Virus record (IMG/VR): IMGVR_UViG_3300048998_000068
Coordinates: 1-46,220 of that record
Strand: one strand, 5' to 3'
DNA length: 46,220 nucleotides
From: a virus
Lineage: Duplodnaviria > Caudoviricetes
Shown: positions 9,201 to 18,154 of the stretch, one piece after another
How the letters are laid out: the number at the start of each line of letters is the position of its first letter
How positions within the stretch are numbered: position 1 is the stretch's first letter
The notes under the pieces: model-generated
Database searches by the model: none
The model's input: only the letters and a program-made list of their open reading frames with translations
Told to the model about the DNA's origin: nothing
Program-made: the position numbers and the translations under genes

Positions 9201-9736
9201 AGGTTCGGATTTGCCGGTTGATTAACGGCGCCGTTGTTCACACAGCTGGCAAACAAATAGGACGTTTGATCCGGTATCGGTAGATCCCAAACTCCGCGCG
9301 CCCATCCATAAACGGAACCGTCAATATCGTGTTCCCGAAAATCGACCGACGCATAGTCGATAAAAATTTGGTCAACCTTTCGAATTTTGTGCGCGGCGAA
9401 CGTCACGACTAAATGCATCCATTGACCGGCCGCAGGTTGATCCGTCGTTACAAAGGAATAAATCCCCCCAACGCGCATGTGCCCATATATTACTTGTCGC
9501 GCTTCGTCGCTCGAGCGAATAGAAACGGAAATTCCCTCCGTTTTAGCGCCAGCTAAAAACGCATCCTGCGGAGAAATAATTGTTGACGTGGAAGGCGCAA
9601 CCCATGGTCCAGGCAGTAAGTCATGCGAGCCGAGAGAATAAAAGTTATTCGCCAAAGTGACCCGAACCTTTGTTTGCTTCCGGCTTTCCCCAAAATCCAG
9701 ACCATTGCGCGACTTGCGGTATATATTCGAAACCAC
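6281..9736 (-). CDS. Central tail tip/hub protein (lambda J-like) with fibronectin type III repeats; true start may be TTG at 9655
   Basis: 1151 aa; RQVIYGHMRVGG, NGALCIADY and CQRIAKIYLEQAR tail-hub motifs, plus several FN3-like repeats (VRIRSRNGIGNPSSW, IMRAVDRSGNES, VQPIDTAGNIG). Confidence 0.85.
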   Translation of the reverse strand: MVSNIYRKSRNGLDFGESRKQTKVRVTLANNFYSLGSHDLLPGPWVAPSTSTIISPQDAFLAGAKTEGISVSIRSSDEARQVIYGHMRVGGIYSFVTTDQPAAGQWMHLVVTFAAHKIRKVDQIFIDYASVDFREHDIDGSVYGWARGVWDLPIPDQTSYLFASCVNNGAVNQPANPNLVGQSAILFPSLWTEAHRQAGNASVYFIMYYDPIRYPNGNPTIQIEGDMKADIFDPRNGITGYTNNGALCIADYITQADWGCSADFTNEVDWENIKYAADVCDITINGVPQYKIDGVFSLSSATNPIDILRKMASAIGGDVVFTSGRWKVFPGAWREPAITLTADDIRGSMSLTTHLDRTDAFNTVTGKFVGPWGNWQETNYPAVTNALYLAEDGEEITQDITLPFTNDVVLCQRIAKIYLEQARQGIYFERVFSLKAYQLELADNVYINDPDFGWIAKAFKVVTWELQTQSAGSVPEILVKLGCQETAPGVYLWNNGEQTTVDVAPNTNLPDPNYVLPPTNVVLDSSTAQLLKRTDGSIITRVKITWTPTADPYVKNDGNYQIQWQVIGSTEWTDTTPIPGSNSLAYISDAPDGVFINVRIRSRNGIGNPSSWVTINGYFVIGQTANPTTPTNFSAVAQAYGIYFSWTPITDVDADAYIIRLGTTWSEDPATIVTIEAHPKSNYTWNIKAAGTYNFIMRAVDRSGNESGDCYATVEIQAPGMVEPAFRIIGGDLLLTWPQVAAGQFAVRDYEIRYGDIYADSILVAANVAGTTYTLMIAWGGSRRFWISARDVALNLGMPAPIDVVVQVPTAVRSLSAEVVDNNVLLRWLAPDALTVPIKVYKIFKGDVFASADLVGESAGTFTTVFEQASGTYSYYVQPIDTAGNIGPASKIMALVNQPPDYKLQYDQEIDLSTVTLTNAVVVRGGIVAPVILGRTWAEHFADNGWNTLRDQANAGFPIYVQPSNPTVAFVEKVIDFGAVLPATIATLQMTRTDQFGNPVVVIRFFASTDGVTYTSGISGPSALIPDLRYLKIRIEINALVNSDLTFLEHLRLKLAVKLRTDSGTANAVASDVGGTTIPFNISFIDVDGPPTVTPNVNGSAYKIAVAITNFLDGPYPVDFKVLVYDADPTSPTNGQRIDLKVGWLARGIAR

Positions 9737-10232
9737 GATCGTCGGGATATTTTCGCTTTTGCTCCGCGTCGGTCCAACGCCTTTCGCGCGGACGTTGAAG
9801 CGTCAATAAAATGTTGTCGTAGTTTAAATCCACTTCAACACTTTTTTCGTCGCGGGTAATGTTCGACGTGTTGAACTTTCCGATAAAAGGCGTGTCTGCC
9901 TCAAGTATCGCACCGGAGGAAGACATAAAGCCGAGACTGTAACGACACGTATCCTTTCGCGTTGCGTCCCGCAAAAGCAGCGCCGTGAGCTCGAGCGGCA
10001 CGCCAGTTAGTCGAACCGTTAATCCGCCGGTTCCAAAACTGCTTTCAGAGATTGCCGAATGGCTTTGTAACCAACTATTCCCCAAATAGGTATCTCCGCC
10101 GTAGTCCGCATTTCGATTATGAGACGAAAGCGCAAGAACCGTTGGACCAAACGTTGCGCGGAGCAACCAAACCGGCCGGATTTTTCCGGCGGTCAATTCA
10201 GTAATAAATCCCGGTGAAAGCGTGCGCGACAT
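9645..10232 (-). CDS. Minor tail / tail tip protein (gpL-like)
   Basis: Start MSRTLSPG overlaps the upstream stop (TAATG); TYLGNSWL and RWTDAEQKRKYPDDRGFEYI motifs; synteny. Confidence 0.75.
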   Translation of the reverse strand: MSRTLSPGFITELTAGKIRPVWLLRATFGPTVLALSSHNRNADYGGDTYLGNSWLQSHSAISESSFGTGGLTVRLTGVPLELTALLLRDATRKDTCRYSLGFMSSSGAILEADTPFIGKFNTSNITRDEKSVEVDLNYDNILLTLQRPRERRWTDAEQKRKYPDDRGFEYIPQVAQWSGFWGKPEANKGSGHFGE

Positions 10233-10951
10233 TAAAGAGCTTCCACGGCTGCAAAACTGATTTGATAAATCGGCGTCGATTTGCTTCCAACGATTGTCCA
10301 AAGCTTATTATTGGTCGCAGCAAGTCGAAAGGTTCCACGCGTATTCTGCGTGATAATGGTTTCATTCGTTGCAACATTCGGCCGAATTGACGGCCAAACC
10401 TGCAGCACCGCGAGACCCGCGCTATCGGACGGTGAATTATTAATTGCCTTGTATAACTGACCGGCAATTTCCAACCAATCGCCCACCGCGATAATCGTTG
10501 GAACGTTCGGAACCCAACCAGCGGTATGAATCAAATTTCCATTTTGATTCGTTCCGAAAACTACCGGCGAACCTAAAGCACTTCCGCGCGGATTCGTACC
10601 TAACGGATCGCCTAGTCGAAAAGTATTTTCCGGGCCATTCAGCGCAGAAAGAAACGCGATCCAAGTTTCCGCCCAAATCCTGTCACCTATCGGCGCCAAT
10701 TCCACATCGACAAGCCACCTTTGGCCCGAATAAACCTGTAATTGCTGAACACCGGTATATGGCGATTCGGAAACCGCAGTCCGCACGTCCTGTGAAAATG
10801 TAATTTGGCGCGGCTTCGGAAACGGAGACAAAAAAACGTCAGACGGCAAATCGAGCGGAAACACTAACGGAACAAAGTTTGCCGGAGCTGTCGACGGCGC
10901 CGCGACGCCGCCCTGAAGCAACGAAAGTAAATCTATTATTCCATTGCTCAT
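10232..10951 (-). CDS. Distal tail (Dit)-like minor tail protein with N-terminal extension
   Basis: Directly after the tape measure gene; SESPYTGVQQ, WIAFLSALNG and ISFAAVEAL motifs. Confidence 0.7.
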   Translation of the reverse strand: MSNGIIDLLSLLQGGVAAPSTAPANFVPLVFPLDLPSDVFLSPFPKPRQITFSQDVRTAVSESPYTGVQQLQVYSGQRWLVDVELAPIGDRIWAETWIAFLSALNGPENTFRLGDPLGTNPRGSALGSPVVFGTNQNGNLIHTAGWVPNVPTIIAVGDWLEIAGQLYKAINNSPSDSAGLAVLQVWPSIRPNVATNETIITQNTRGTFRLAATNNKLWTIVGSKSTPIYQISFAAVEAL

Positions 10952-13900
10952 TTATCTACGCTTCGCAGCACCATGAATAATTTTCACCGTCTTAAGTGCA
11001 ATTTGGTCCTGCATTGATGCCAAAGATTGACGGATCATACCTTCCACACCGGGCGTTGCGTTTCTCGCATCAACTTCAATATACACGTTTCCGCCACCGC
11101 CGGAGCTCTTACCGGCGCCCCCTCCGACTAAACCCAATCGACCATCGGATCCACGTTCTAACGGCAAGACGGCTTCCGGTCCATTCTCGCCAAGTACGCC
11201 CGCATAGGCGCGCCCACTGTCCGCATAGTTAAATCCGGTTTCGGCGCCAAATACGCCCCCCTTCGCGTTTTTCTTAGCAGTCGGCGGAACAACGGAAGGA
11301 ACCTCGTCAGGCTTGCCGTGTTCCTGATAGTTAATATCGATCGTAATGCTTTTTTTACTCGGAAGCTGATCGAGATTCTGACTAAGTTGCTTGGTCGATT
11401 CCGTTGCCGCGTCGATATTATCCCCAACATCCTTATTAAAAGACACGCCAAGCGCTTGGAGCTCGCCAACGATCGCACCTAGATTTTGAGTCGTTGCGCC
11501 CTTCAGATCCTCAATACTATTGATCCCATGGTCACGAAGCGCCTGCATTAACGTTTGGATTTCGGTACTTGTAAATTTCCCGCTAGCCCTCAACTTTGTT
11601 TCTAACCCCTCGAGCGTCGTTGCGCCTGCCTCGAGCGCTTCAATGGCCAAATCCTTAAGCGCCTGAATAGCCGTCATGCCGCGACCGCCGGATTGAATCA
11701 ACAAGTCATAGGCACCGCGCAAATCACCAACCGCAACCAACCCTTCCCCGGCGAGCGCAGACAGACCGAATAAGCTAGTATCAATTTCGAGCCACGTTTT
11801 GTTTTGAGCGAGTCCAGCTTTGATTATCGAATCGGCAAGTTGATCCGTAGTCAAACCGAGCGATTGCATGAGCAATCGCGCCTGATCAATATTACCGCTA
11901 AACTGCGTCGCTAGAATCGCGCCGATTTGCGGACCAACTGCCGAAGTCAAACCGAGAAAATCTGTGAGCCCTTGACCAAGTGCAATAAAAGACGATCCGC
12001 CCTTATCGCCAAAATCATTCCAAAATTGATCCGCCCAACCGTCAGTAAACTGATCCTTAAACGAGGTTAAATCGATATTCGTTAACGGGTTTCCGCCTGC
12101 GCCAGTAAGCTGGTTAGTCCCGTTTTTCGCGGCTTCCGATAAAGCCTGATTTAAGTAGTTTTGAACGGACTTGATAGCTTCGGAGTTTTCGTTTCCACCT
12201 CCGCCAAAGAGCCCACCAAATATTTTATTGATGCCGGTTCCAATCCCCGGCGCAACCGTATCGATTCCCGCAGTCCCAACGTCAAACGCGGTTTTATCCC
12301 TCGAACCTCCGCCCTTGAAATCGGACGATAAGTTTTTGAAATTTTCGCCTGCGATATAAAGCCCCGCAGCTGCAGCGGCGAGCAGCGGAACCGCAGTTGA
12401 CAACGAAGCCAATCCGCCGGTCGACGCCCCGGCGCCTGCGGCTGCGGAACCTCCGCCAAAAATACTACTTCCAGCGCTATACGCACCGGAGACGGCGGAT
12501 CCTTGGCTAGTGATAGATGCTACATCACCGCCGCCGAGCAAACTGGAAAAACCGGGCAAGTTTTTTTCAATAATCGAGCCAAGCGCCGATTGGAGCGACC
12601 CCGCGATCGTTTTGTTGCCGTCAAGCATATTGGCGACAAACTGCACGCCGAATTCTTCAGCGGCTTTTTCCATTTCTTCTTTCCAGTTAACGGAACTGGA
12701 ATGATTGACGAGAGCCAACGCGCCCTCGAGAAACTTAACGTGATCGGCGTGCGCTTTTTTATATTCTTCGTCTAAATTCTTTGCTGCATCTTCGTTACCC
12801 TTTTTTCGAATATCAGCGATGGCGCCTTGCTCAACCGTCCGGCGCTCCGCAACTTCCGCGTCGGCCATCTTTGCCGCGAGCGCCTGCGCTGCCGGAGTAT
12901 CACGAATCGATTCATCCAGACCTTTCAACACGCCGTCGTAAGTGTGGTCACGAAGCGCCTGCAACCAATTTTCGAGTCCAACGGAATCTTGCGCTTGAAC
13001 CGCCGCGCGGATCGCGTCTTCAATCTTCCCGCCTTGGATCTGACTTAAAGTGCTTTCATATTGATCCTGCAGGCGCTTAAAAGCAGTTGCGGTTTCGGCC
13101 GTTTCTTTTTCAGCAACCGCCGTCATAATCTTCGGAAGCTTCGCAAATTCGGAAGCAATCCCATCAATCAAGTCAGGCACAAACGAATGCTTGTAAACCT
13201 TGTCTAAAAGGCCACTGAAGAAATTAGAAACACGATCGACTTGATTTCCAACAGCGTCGACGATCCCGGATAACTTATCGACTAAATAACTTTGTAGAGC
13301 GGCGCCAAGTTTCTCGAGATTCCCGATAATTTCGCCAATCTTAGTCGAAAACGCAGAACCTAGTTTTTCAGCGAAATCAGCAACGGCGTTTCCAATAATC
13401 GCCAGCGTATCGCCTAAATCGTCCAGAACAATGCCGGTTCCTTTGACCGCATCCTGAAATGTCGTCCAGACAAAATTCAGCGCCGCTTGGTGAAGCGCTT
13501 CCATTTTTTCGGCAATAATTTCAAGCCCGTTGACAAAATTATCCCAAGTAACATTGCTAAGAAGACGAACTAACCCCACACCCGCCGCGGTTCCGAGAAT
13601 TAGCGCCGCAGTAAACGCAGCAACCGCAATAATAACTTCGCCGCCAAGTAGCGTCGCTAATGTTCCGACAACAAAAATAAGCGGCCCAAGAATGGAGAGC
13701 AGCCCGGTAACTGAAATCACCGCAATTTTACTATCAGGATCTAATCCTTGCAGACTTTGAGATAGAACCTTTAAACCTTCCGTGATCACTTTCAGCACGG
13801 GCAAAAACACATCGCCCATTTCAATGGCGACATCTTTTAAATTATTTGTGAAAATTGCCCATTGCGCAGAAAGGGTTTCGTTTCTTTTTCTTACTTCTTC

Positions 13901-14899
13901 GGTTAGCGCATTATTTTGAGCTAGCGCGTCATTGGCGATTTGCTGCCCTTTGGCCATTTGCTCAAAACCAGTTGCCGCCCCGGTCAACGTTCGGGTTAGC
14001 TGCGCCGTTTTGAACTTCATTCCATCAAGTAGATCTGAAATTAGCTCGCCGTTTTGCTTCGCCTGTCCTAATCCCTGCAGGAATTTCAACACGGCGCCAG
14101 CTGCGTCTTTTTCGAAAAGATCCTTAAAATCGGTTATCGACATCCGCGCGACGTGCGCGAACTTTTCTAGTTCCTCGCCGCCGTGTTCCGCGGCTTGTTG
14201 CAATTTAGTTAAGAATTTAGAAAATGCCGTTCCGCCGACTTCGGATGTAATGCCAAGCGCAGTCAGAGAGGAAGCGAAACCCATTATTTGCGTTTCGCTT
14301 AAGCCCGCAACGTGACCCGCCTGCGCGAGTCGAAGCGACATATCAATGATCTCGTCTTCATTCCCGGCCATCCCGTTTCCGAGGCCAACAAGAACGTTTC
14401 CGAGTTTTTCGAAATTTTCGTTGGTTTGTGCAAGACCGGTTATATTCGTAAACCGGGCAAACAAATCAGCAGCACGATCGGACGTCAGGTTAGTGGCAAC
14501 ACCGAGTCCGGCCATCGTTTTCACGAAGCCCGCAATAGCATCGTTCGAGATACCAAGCGCGCCCGCTTCCTCCGCAATCTTCGCCATTTCAACGGCGGTT
14601 TGCGGCATGTCCTTCGACATCGCCAAAATGCTTTGGCGAATTTTCTCGAGCTGCGGAGGTGTTGCATCGAGCGTTTTTCTAACGCCAGCAAAGGCCGTTT
14701 CGAATTCAACGGCCGTTTTAATAGCGAGCCCGCCGAGAATGGCAAGCGGAGCGCTAACATACGTCGAAATAGTTTTTCCGATCGCGGTCGCTTCTTTCCC
14801 AAACGTCTTTAAAGCCGTTTGAGCTTGCGCCATGTCGGTACGTAGGCTAGCAATATTAGCCCGGAAAATGAATTCCAATATGCCGAGCGGATTTGCCAT
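10952..14899 (-). CDS. Tail tape measure protein
   Basis: 1315 aa, helical and Ala/Gly-rich; FETAFAGVRKT (TP901-type) core, central hydrophobic segments and C-terminal NAKGG...GENGPEAVLPL. Confidence 0.93.
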   Translation of the reverse strand: MANPLGILEFIFRANIASLRTDMAQAQTALKTFGKEATAIGKTISTYVSAPLAILGGLAIKTAVEFETAFAGVRKTLDATPPQLEKIRQSILAMSKDMPQTAVEMAKIAEEAGALGISNDAIAGFVKTMAGLGVATNLTSDRAADLFARFTNITGLAQTNENFEKLGNVLVGLGNGMAGNEDEIIDMSLRLAQAGHVAGLSETQIMGFASSLTALGITSEVGGTAFSKFLTKLQQAAEHGGEELEKFAHVARMSITDFKDLFEKDAAGAVLKFLQGLGQAKQNGELISDLLDGMKFKTAQLTRTLTGAATGFEQMAKGQQIANDALAQNNALTEEVRKRNETLSAQWAIFTNNLKDVAIEMGDVFLPVLKVITEGLKVLSQSLQGLDPDSKIAVISVTGLLSILGPLIFVVGTLATLLGGEVIIAVAAFTAALILGTAAGVGLVRLLSNVTWDNFVNGLEIIAEKMEALHQAALNFVWTTFQDAVKGTGIVLDDLGDTLAIIGNAVADFAEKLGSAFSTKIGEIIGNLEKLGAALQSYLVDKLSGIVDAVGNQVDRVSNFFSGLLDKVYKHSFVPDLIDGIASEFAKLPKIMTAVAEKETAETATAFKRLQDQYESTLSQIQGGKIEDAIRAAVQAQDSVGLENWLQALRDHTYDGVLKGLDESIRDTPAAQALAAKMADAEVAERRTVEQGAIADIRKKGNEDAAKNLDEEYKKAHADHVKFLEGALALVNHSSSVNWKEEMEKAAEEFGVQFVANMLDGNKTIAGSLQSALGSIIEKNLPGFSSLLGGGDVASITSQGSAVSGAYSAGSSIFGGGSAAAGAGASTGGLASLSTAVPLLAAAAAGLYIAGENFKNLSSDFKGGGSRDKTAFDVGTAGIDTVAPGIGTGINKIFGGLFGGGGNENSEAIKSVQNYLNQALSEAAKNGTNQLTGAGGNPLTNIDLTSFKDQFTDGWADQFWNDFGDKGGSSFIALGQGLTDFLGLTSAVGPQIGAILATQFSGNIDQARLLMQSLGLTTDQLADSIIKAGLAQNKTWLEIDTSLFGLSALAGEGLVAVGDLRGAYDLLIQSGGRGMTAIQALKDLAIEALEAGATTLEGLETKLRASGKFTSTEIQTLMQALRDHGINSIEDLKGATTQNLGAIVGELQALGVSFNKDVGDNIDAATESTKQLSQNLDQLPSKKSITIDINYQEHGKPDEVPSVVPPTAKKNAKGGVFGAETGFNYADSGRAYAGVLGENGPEAVLPLERGSDGRLGLVGGGAGKSSGGGGNVYIEVDARNATPGVEGMIRQSLASMQDQIALKTVKIIHGAAKRR

Positions 14900-14911
14900 T
14901 GCGCGCTTTTT

Positions 14912-15478
14912 TTAGTGTTGTTCGAGCGATATTCTAACGTGACTATCCCAAGCGCGCATCATTGCTTCTTGGTCCTGCACTTGCGAAATATCATCACGTT
15001 CCGCGGCACCACGCATGATCTGATATTCTTTACCTATCGCGGCAAATTGACCCGGCGTTAAACTCCAAAACGTTTCCGGTGAAAGACCGTAACGAAGCAC
15101 GCCAGCGGCGAATATCTCAAGTAAATCTAGATCATCATTGACCCGTTCCGCCGGAAGCGCTGAAGCATCGGCCGGAAGGAATGCCGCCGAAATAGTTTGG
15201 CGGATTGCCGCCTGTATCTCGAGCGTTTTGTTTTGATTTTTCAATAGCGCGGCTTTTACTTCAACCAACGTCGCCTTGCTATCAAACAAAAGAGAGTGAA
15301 AAAGGATCGCCGTGTTATCAAACGTGCTTTCGTGATTTTGCCAGAAATCTTGACTTAACGAACTTTTGCCAAAATGTTTTTCTAATTCACACGCTGCAGC
15401 GAGTGTAAATTTCAAACGATAGGCGGTTCCTGCCAAATCAAAATTAACGTCAGGACGAGCGCGAAAAGCATTTGCCAC
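14912..15478 (-). CDS. Tail assembly chaperone (G-like and T-like parts in one ORF)
   Basis: N-terminal YRLKFTLAAACELE and C-terminal GLSPETFWSLTP; lies between the tube and tape measure genes. Confidence 0.75.
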   Translation of the reverse strand: MANAFRARPDVNFDLAGTAYRLKFTLAAACELEKHFGKSSLSQDFWQNHESTFDNTAILFHSLLFDSKATLVEVKAALLKNQNKTLEIQAAIRQTISAAFLPADASALPAERVNDDLDLLEIFAAGVLRYGLSPETFWSLTPGQFAAIGKEYQIMRGAAERDDISQVQDQEAMMRAWDSHVRISLEQH

Positions 15479-15495
15479 ACGACGACCCCCGAAAT

Positions 15496-16299
15496 TTAAG
15501 GTGCTAAGTTCGGAGCTACAACGTTAATGCTAATAGGCCCACTACGTTGCAACGTGCAATCAGCCGTAAGGATCGAACCCGAATCCGCTTTAGGCGAAAA
15601 ATTCTTAACGTACGCTTGAAAAGCGTCATATCGAATAATCGATCCGCCTATTCCCGGAAACCCGATAAACCAGTTAGCAAGCGCGGCGCTTTCTTGGAGC
15701 GTTTCCAATCTTTGGTGCGTGCTGGTATCTTCAGGAATCCATTGCAGCGTCATACCGATTTCGCCGGAACTATTGAAATGCGGTATCATTTCTTCGTAGC
15801 CGCCCGGTGAGCCTAGATTGGTTCCGTCAAGGAATTGACGTTCCCGCTTTGGTCCATCAATGCTTTTTACGTCAACAATTGCTTTGAACAATTCCCCACT
15901 ATTGGTTCCGCCAGTCAATACTGCGGCCGCGCCTGCGAGCAAAACACCCGATCCGTTTCCGGTTCCGAGATTTGCGTTAAAATTCGCACGGAACACGGCA
16001 TCCGCATACAAATTTGCGATCGCCTGTAATGGCGTAGTCGTGGCAACCCCGCCCGAATCCGTTGCGGAATTAATCAAAACGGAAGTCGGCGTAATGACCT
16101 GCGAATAAGCCGTGCTATTTCCCGCAACGATAATTCCGAACGTTTTCGAATTGCCGGAAGTGCCGGGAACTAGCGCAACAACTTTTAATTGCTGGTTAAC
16201 CGTTCCAATCGTTTTTGACGCAGCCACCGCCGCGCCTAATCCGCCATCCCCAACAAAAAGGGTAGTGCCCTTCCCCGATCGACCTTGCGTTTGTGGCAT
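15496..16299 (-). CDS. Major tail tube protein with inserted accessory domain
   Basis: GKGTTLFVGDG...ELFKAIVDVKSIDGP...DGTNLGSPGGYEE...SGEI tube motifs; synteny. Confidence 0.85.
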   Translation of the reverse strand: MPQTQGRSGKGTTLFVGDGGLGAAVAASKTIGTVNQQLKVVALVPGTSGNSKTFGIIVAGNSTAYSQVITPTSVLINSATDSGGVATTTPLQAIANLYADAVFRANFNANLGTGNGSGVLLAGAAAVLTGGTNSGELFKAIVDVKSIDGPKRERQFLDGTNLGSPGGYEEMIPHFNSSGEIGMTLQWIPEDTSTHQRLETLQESAALANWFIGFPGIGGSIIRYDAFQAYVKNFSPKADSGSILTADCTLQRSGPISINVVAPNLAP

Positions 16300-16314
16300 T
16301 TTCTTAGGCTCCTT

Positions 16315-16725
16315 TTATATGTCTTCAGTGTGAGTTATTTTAAAATCAATTGCCGTCGTAAAAGTTTGATCAACATCCCAATATATATCAACTTCGCTGG
16401 CTATTTCGACGCCACTTATCGCGTTTGAACCAAAGCCCGGCACGGTCCAAATCCCGTAAAAATTTCGAAGCGCATCCTTTACCGCCTTAGTCAGCGCCGA
16501 AAGACCCTCAACATTTTTTACGCAGCATGTAATCTGAATGCGCGCATCCGGGGAGATATTCCCACCAATCAGCATTTCATCCCGAACGATGGAAACGCCC
16601 TGATAAACAAGCGCCGGAAAAACAGGATTTTGCGGAAGCGTCATCCGGTAAATCCTATCGCCGACTAAAGGCGAAACGCCCGAATCGGTTTTTAAAAAAT
16701 TGACCAATCCATGTTCAAGCGCCAT
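16315..16725 (-). CDS. Tail terminator / tail completion protein (DUF3168-like)
   Basis: LVGDRIY...LPQNPVFPALVY...RIQITC motif; synteny. Confidence 0.8.
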   Translation of the reverse strand: MALEHGLVNFLKTDSGVSPLVGDRIYRMTLPQNPVFPALVYQGVSIVRDEMLIGGNISPDARIQITCCVKNVEGLSALTKAVKDALRNFYGIWTVPGFGSNAISGVEIASEVDIYWDVDQTFTTAIDFKITHTEDI

Positions 16726-17209
16726 ATTTTTTCAAAAGCTTTGGAACTCTTTTTCCGAGAGTAGAGCGGAACACCTCAATCATTCGAGAAACATTTTCTT
16801 CGAAAGCCGGTCGCATAAACGGATGCGGAGAATAATATCCCCATTCGGTGCGCTTTCGATTTCGGCCGGTTATCAAAATAATTTTATGTCCGAACTCAAT
16901 CATATGCGCATAAAAGGCGCCCGCCTTTCGCCCCTTAGAAACCATCACGTATTGGTCAACGGTCCATGGATTAGGATTTCCAGCCTTCCGCGAAACAATC
17001 GCATTTCGCAACTGTCCAGGACTGCGCGATCCTTGATGATATCCGGCAACCTTTCGTCCGACCGGCGCTTTGCTTTTTGCCGCTTCAACCATAATTTTAG
17101 TGCAATTCCGCAACGCTTCCTGAACCGCTTTGTCGCGAATATTGACCGGCAATTGCTCAAGCTGATCGTTAAGTTCCCTAAGCCCTTTAACCTCAATCGT
17201 GAATTCCAT
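16715..17209 (-). CDS. HK97 gp10-like tail component
   Basis: VKGLREL...KAPV...GQLRNAI...FYAHMIEFG...PFMRPAF. Confidence 0.88.
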   Translation of the reverse strand: MEFTIEVKGLRELNDQLEQLPVNIRDKAVQEALRNCTKIMVEAAKSKAPVGRKVAGYHQGSRSPGQLRNAIVSRKAGNPNPWTVDQYVMVSKGRKAGAFYAHMIEFGHKIILITGRNRKRTEWGYYSPHPFMRPAFEENVSRMIEVFRSTLGKRVPKLLKKYGA

Positions 17210-17532
17210 TATGTCAGCGAATCCATTACTTCGGCCGAAATTTCCAACGCGTCGTGTCGACCAATTTCTTTAATGCCAGTCACATCATATTTCTGACCGT
17301 CATATTCGATTTTATGTTTCAACGTAATGTCGTTTCGAAACCAAATCGTAAAACGAGCTCCGCGCGAACCAATTACCCGGTCGGACGCATAACGTTCGTA
17401 ACCCGAAATTTGAACGACCTTTGCCCAAAGATTCGCGATCACAACTTCCGTTCGAATTACTCCGCCAGATGGACCATGCGTTTCCGTGTAAGCCAATAGT
17501 TTGATTTCCCGGTCCAACTGGCCGATATTCAT
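17209..17532 (-). CDS. Head closure / head-tail adaptor (SPP1 gp16-like)
   Basis: MNIGQLDREI...LWAKV...FTIWFRNDI...IEYDGQKYDV. Confidence 0.85.
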   Translation of the reverse strand: MNIGQLDREIKLLAYTETHGPSGGVIRTEVVIANLWAKVVQISGYERYASDRVIGSRGARFTIWFRNDITLKHKIEYDGQKYDVTGIKEIGRHDALEISAEVMDSLT

Positions 17533-17535
17533 TTT

Positions 17536-18150
17536 TTACCAAACCCGGTCGGAATCAATCAGATAATTAAAAGTGTAAGGCACCTTCGCCGCGATCGCTG
17601 GCCCTGCCGTCGAAACAACGACCGCTTGGCGGTTAGTGTAGAAATGCGCAATTAACTGCAGCATGGTCAATTTTATTCGCCTTGGAACGGTTTCAAACGT
17701 CGGACCATAACCAACCACGAAATCAATATTCACCCGCGCATAGTCAAGCGCATAATCGTAGGGCCAATAAAAACCATAATTCAAACGAATAAAGCCGGGC
17801 TCGAAATCGAGAACCGATTTATAAACACGCGGATCCACAACCTGCGTAACGCCCACCCGATTCACATACGAAATCGAGCTTATTGATTGAACCGGCGAGC
17901 GCTTTAACGGAATGATGTCGCCAAATTCCCGATCGCACTTAATGAGCGATCGAAAATCTCCCGCACCAAGTCGATAAGTCTGGTTAATGTATCCGCGATT
18001 TTGCTGATCCTCGCATAGCCGGGTAACAGCTGGAATCAACATGTCTTCAATATAAAGCTGATCGGAGTCCGACGAGAGATGCAGATAAGCCTTTGCCGTA
18101 TCGTAAGTTATGGCGGGATTTACTGGCTCAATTATTCTCGTCAGACCCAT
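17536..18150 (-). CDS. Head-tail connector (gp6/gp15-like)
   Basis: AKAYLHL...VGYG...VPRRIKLTMLQLIAHFYTNR. Confidence 0.85.
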   Translation of the reverse strand: MGLTRIIEPVNPAITYDTAKAYLHLSSDSDQLYIEDMLIPAVTRLCEDQQNRGYINQTYRLGAGDFRSLIKCDREFGDIIPLKRSPVQSISSISYVNRVGVTQVVDPRVYKSVLDFEPGFIRLNYGFYWPYDYALDYARVNIDFVVGYGPTFETVPRRIKLTMLQLIAHFYTNRQAVVVSTAGPAIAAKVPYTFNYLIDSDRVW

Positions 18151-18154
18151 CAGT

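Noticed and set aside
9590-9640. Third copy of the DLLSLL.GGVA.PS peptide at the hub N-terminus (HDLLPGPWVAPST)
   Set aside because: The similarity is too weak to separate from chance.
4812-9736. Diversity-generating retroelement or invertase-based fibre switching
   Set aside because: I noticed no reverse transcriptase, recombinase or template/variable repeat pair.
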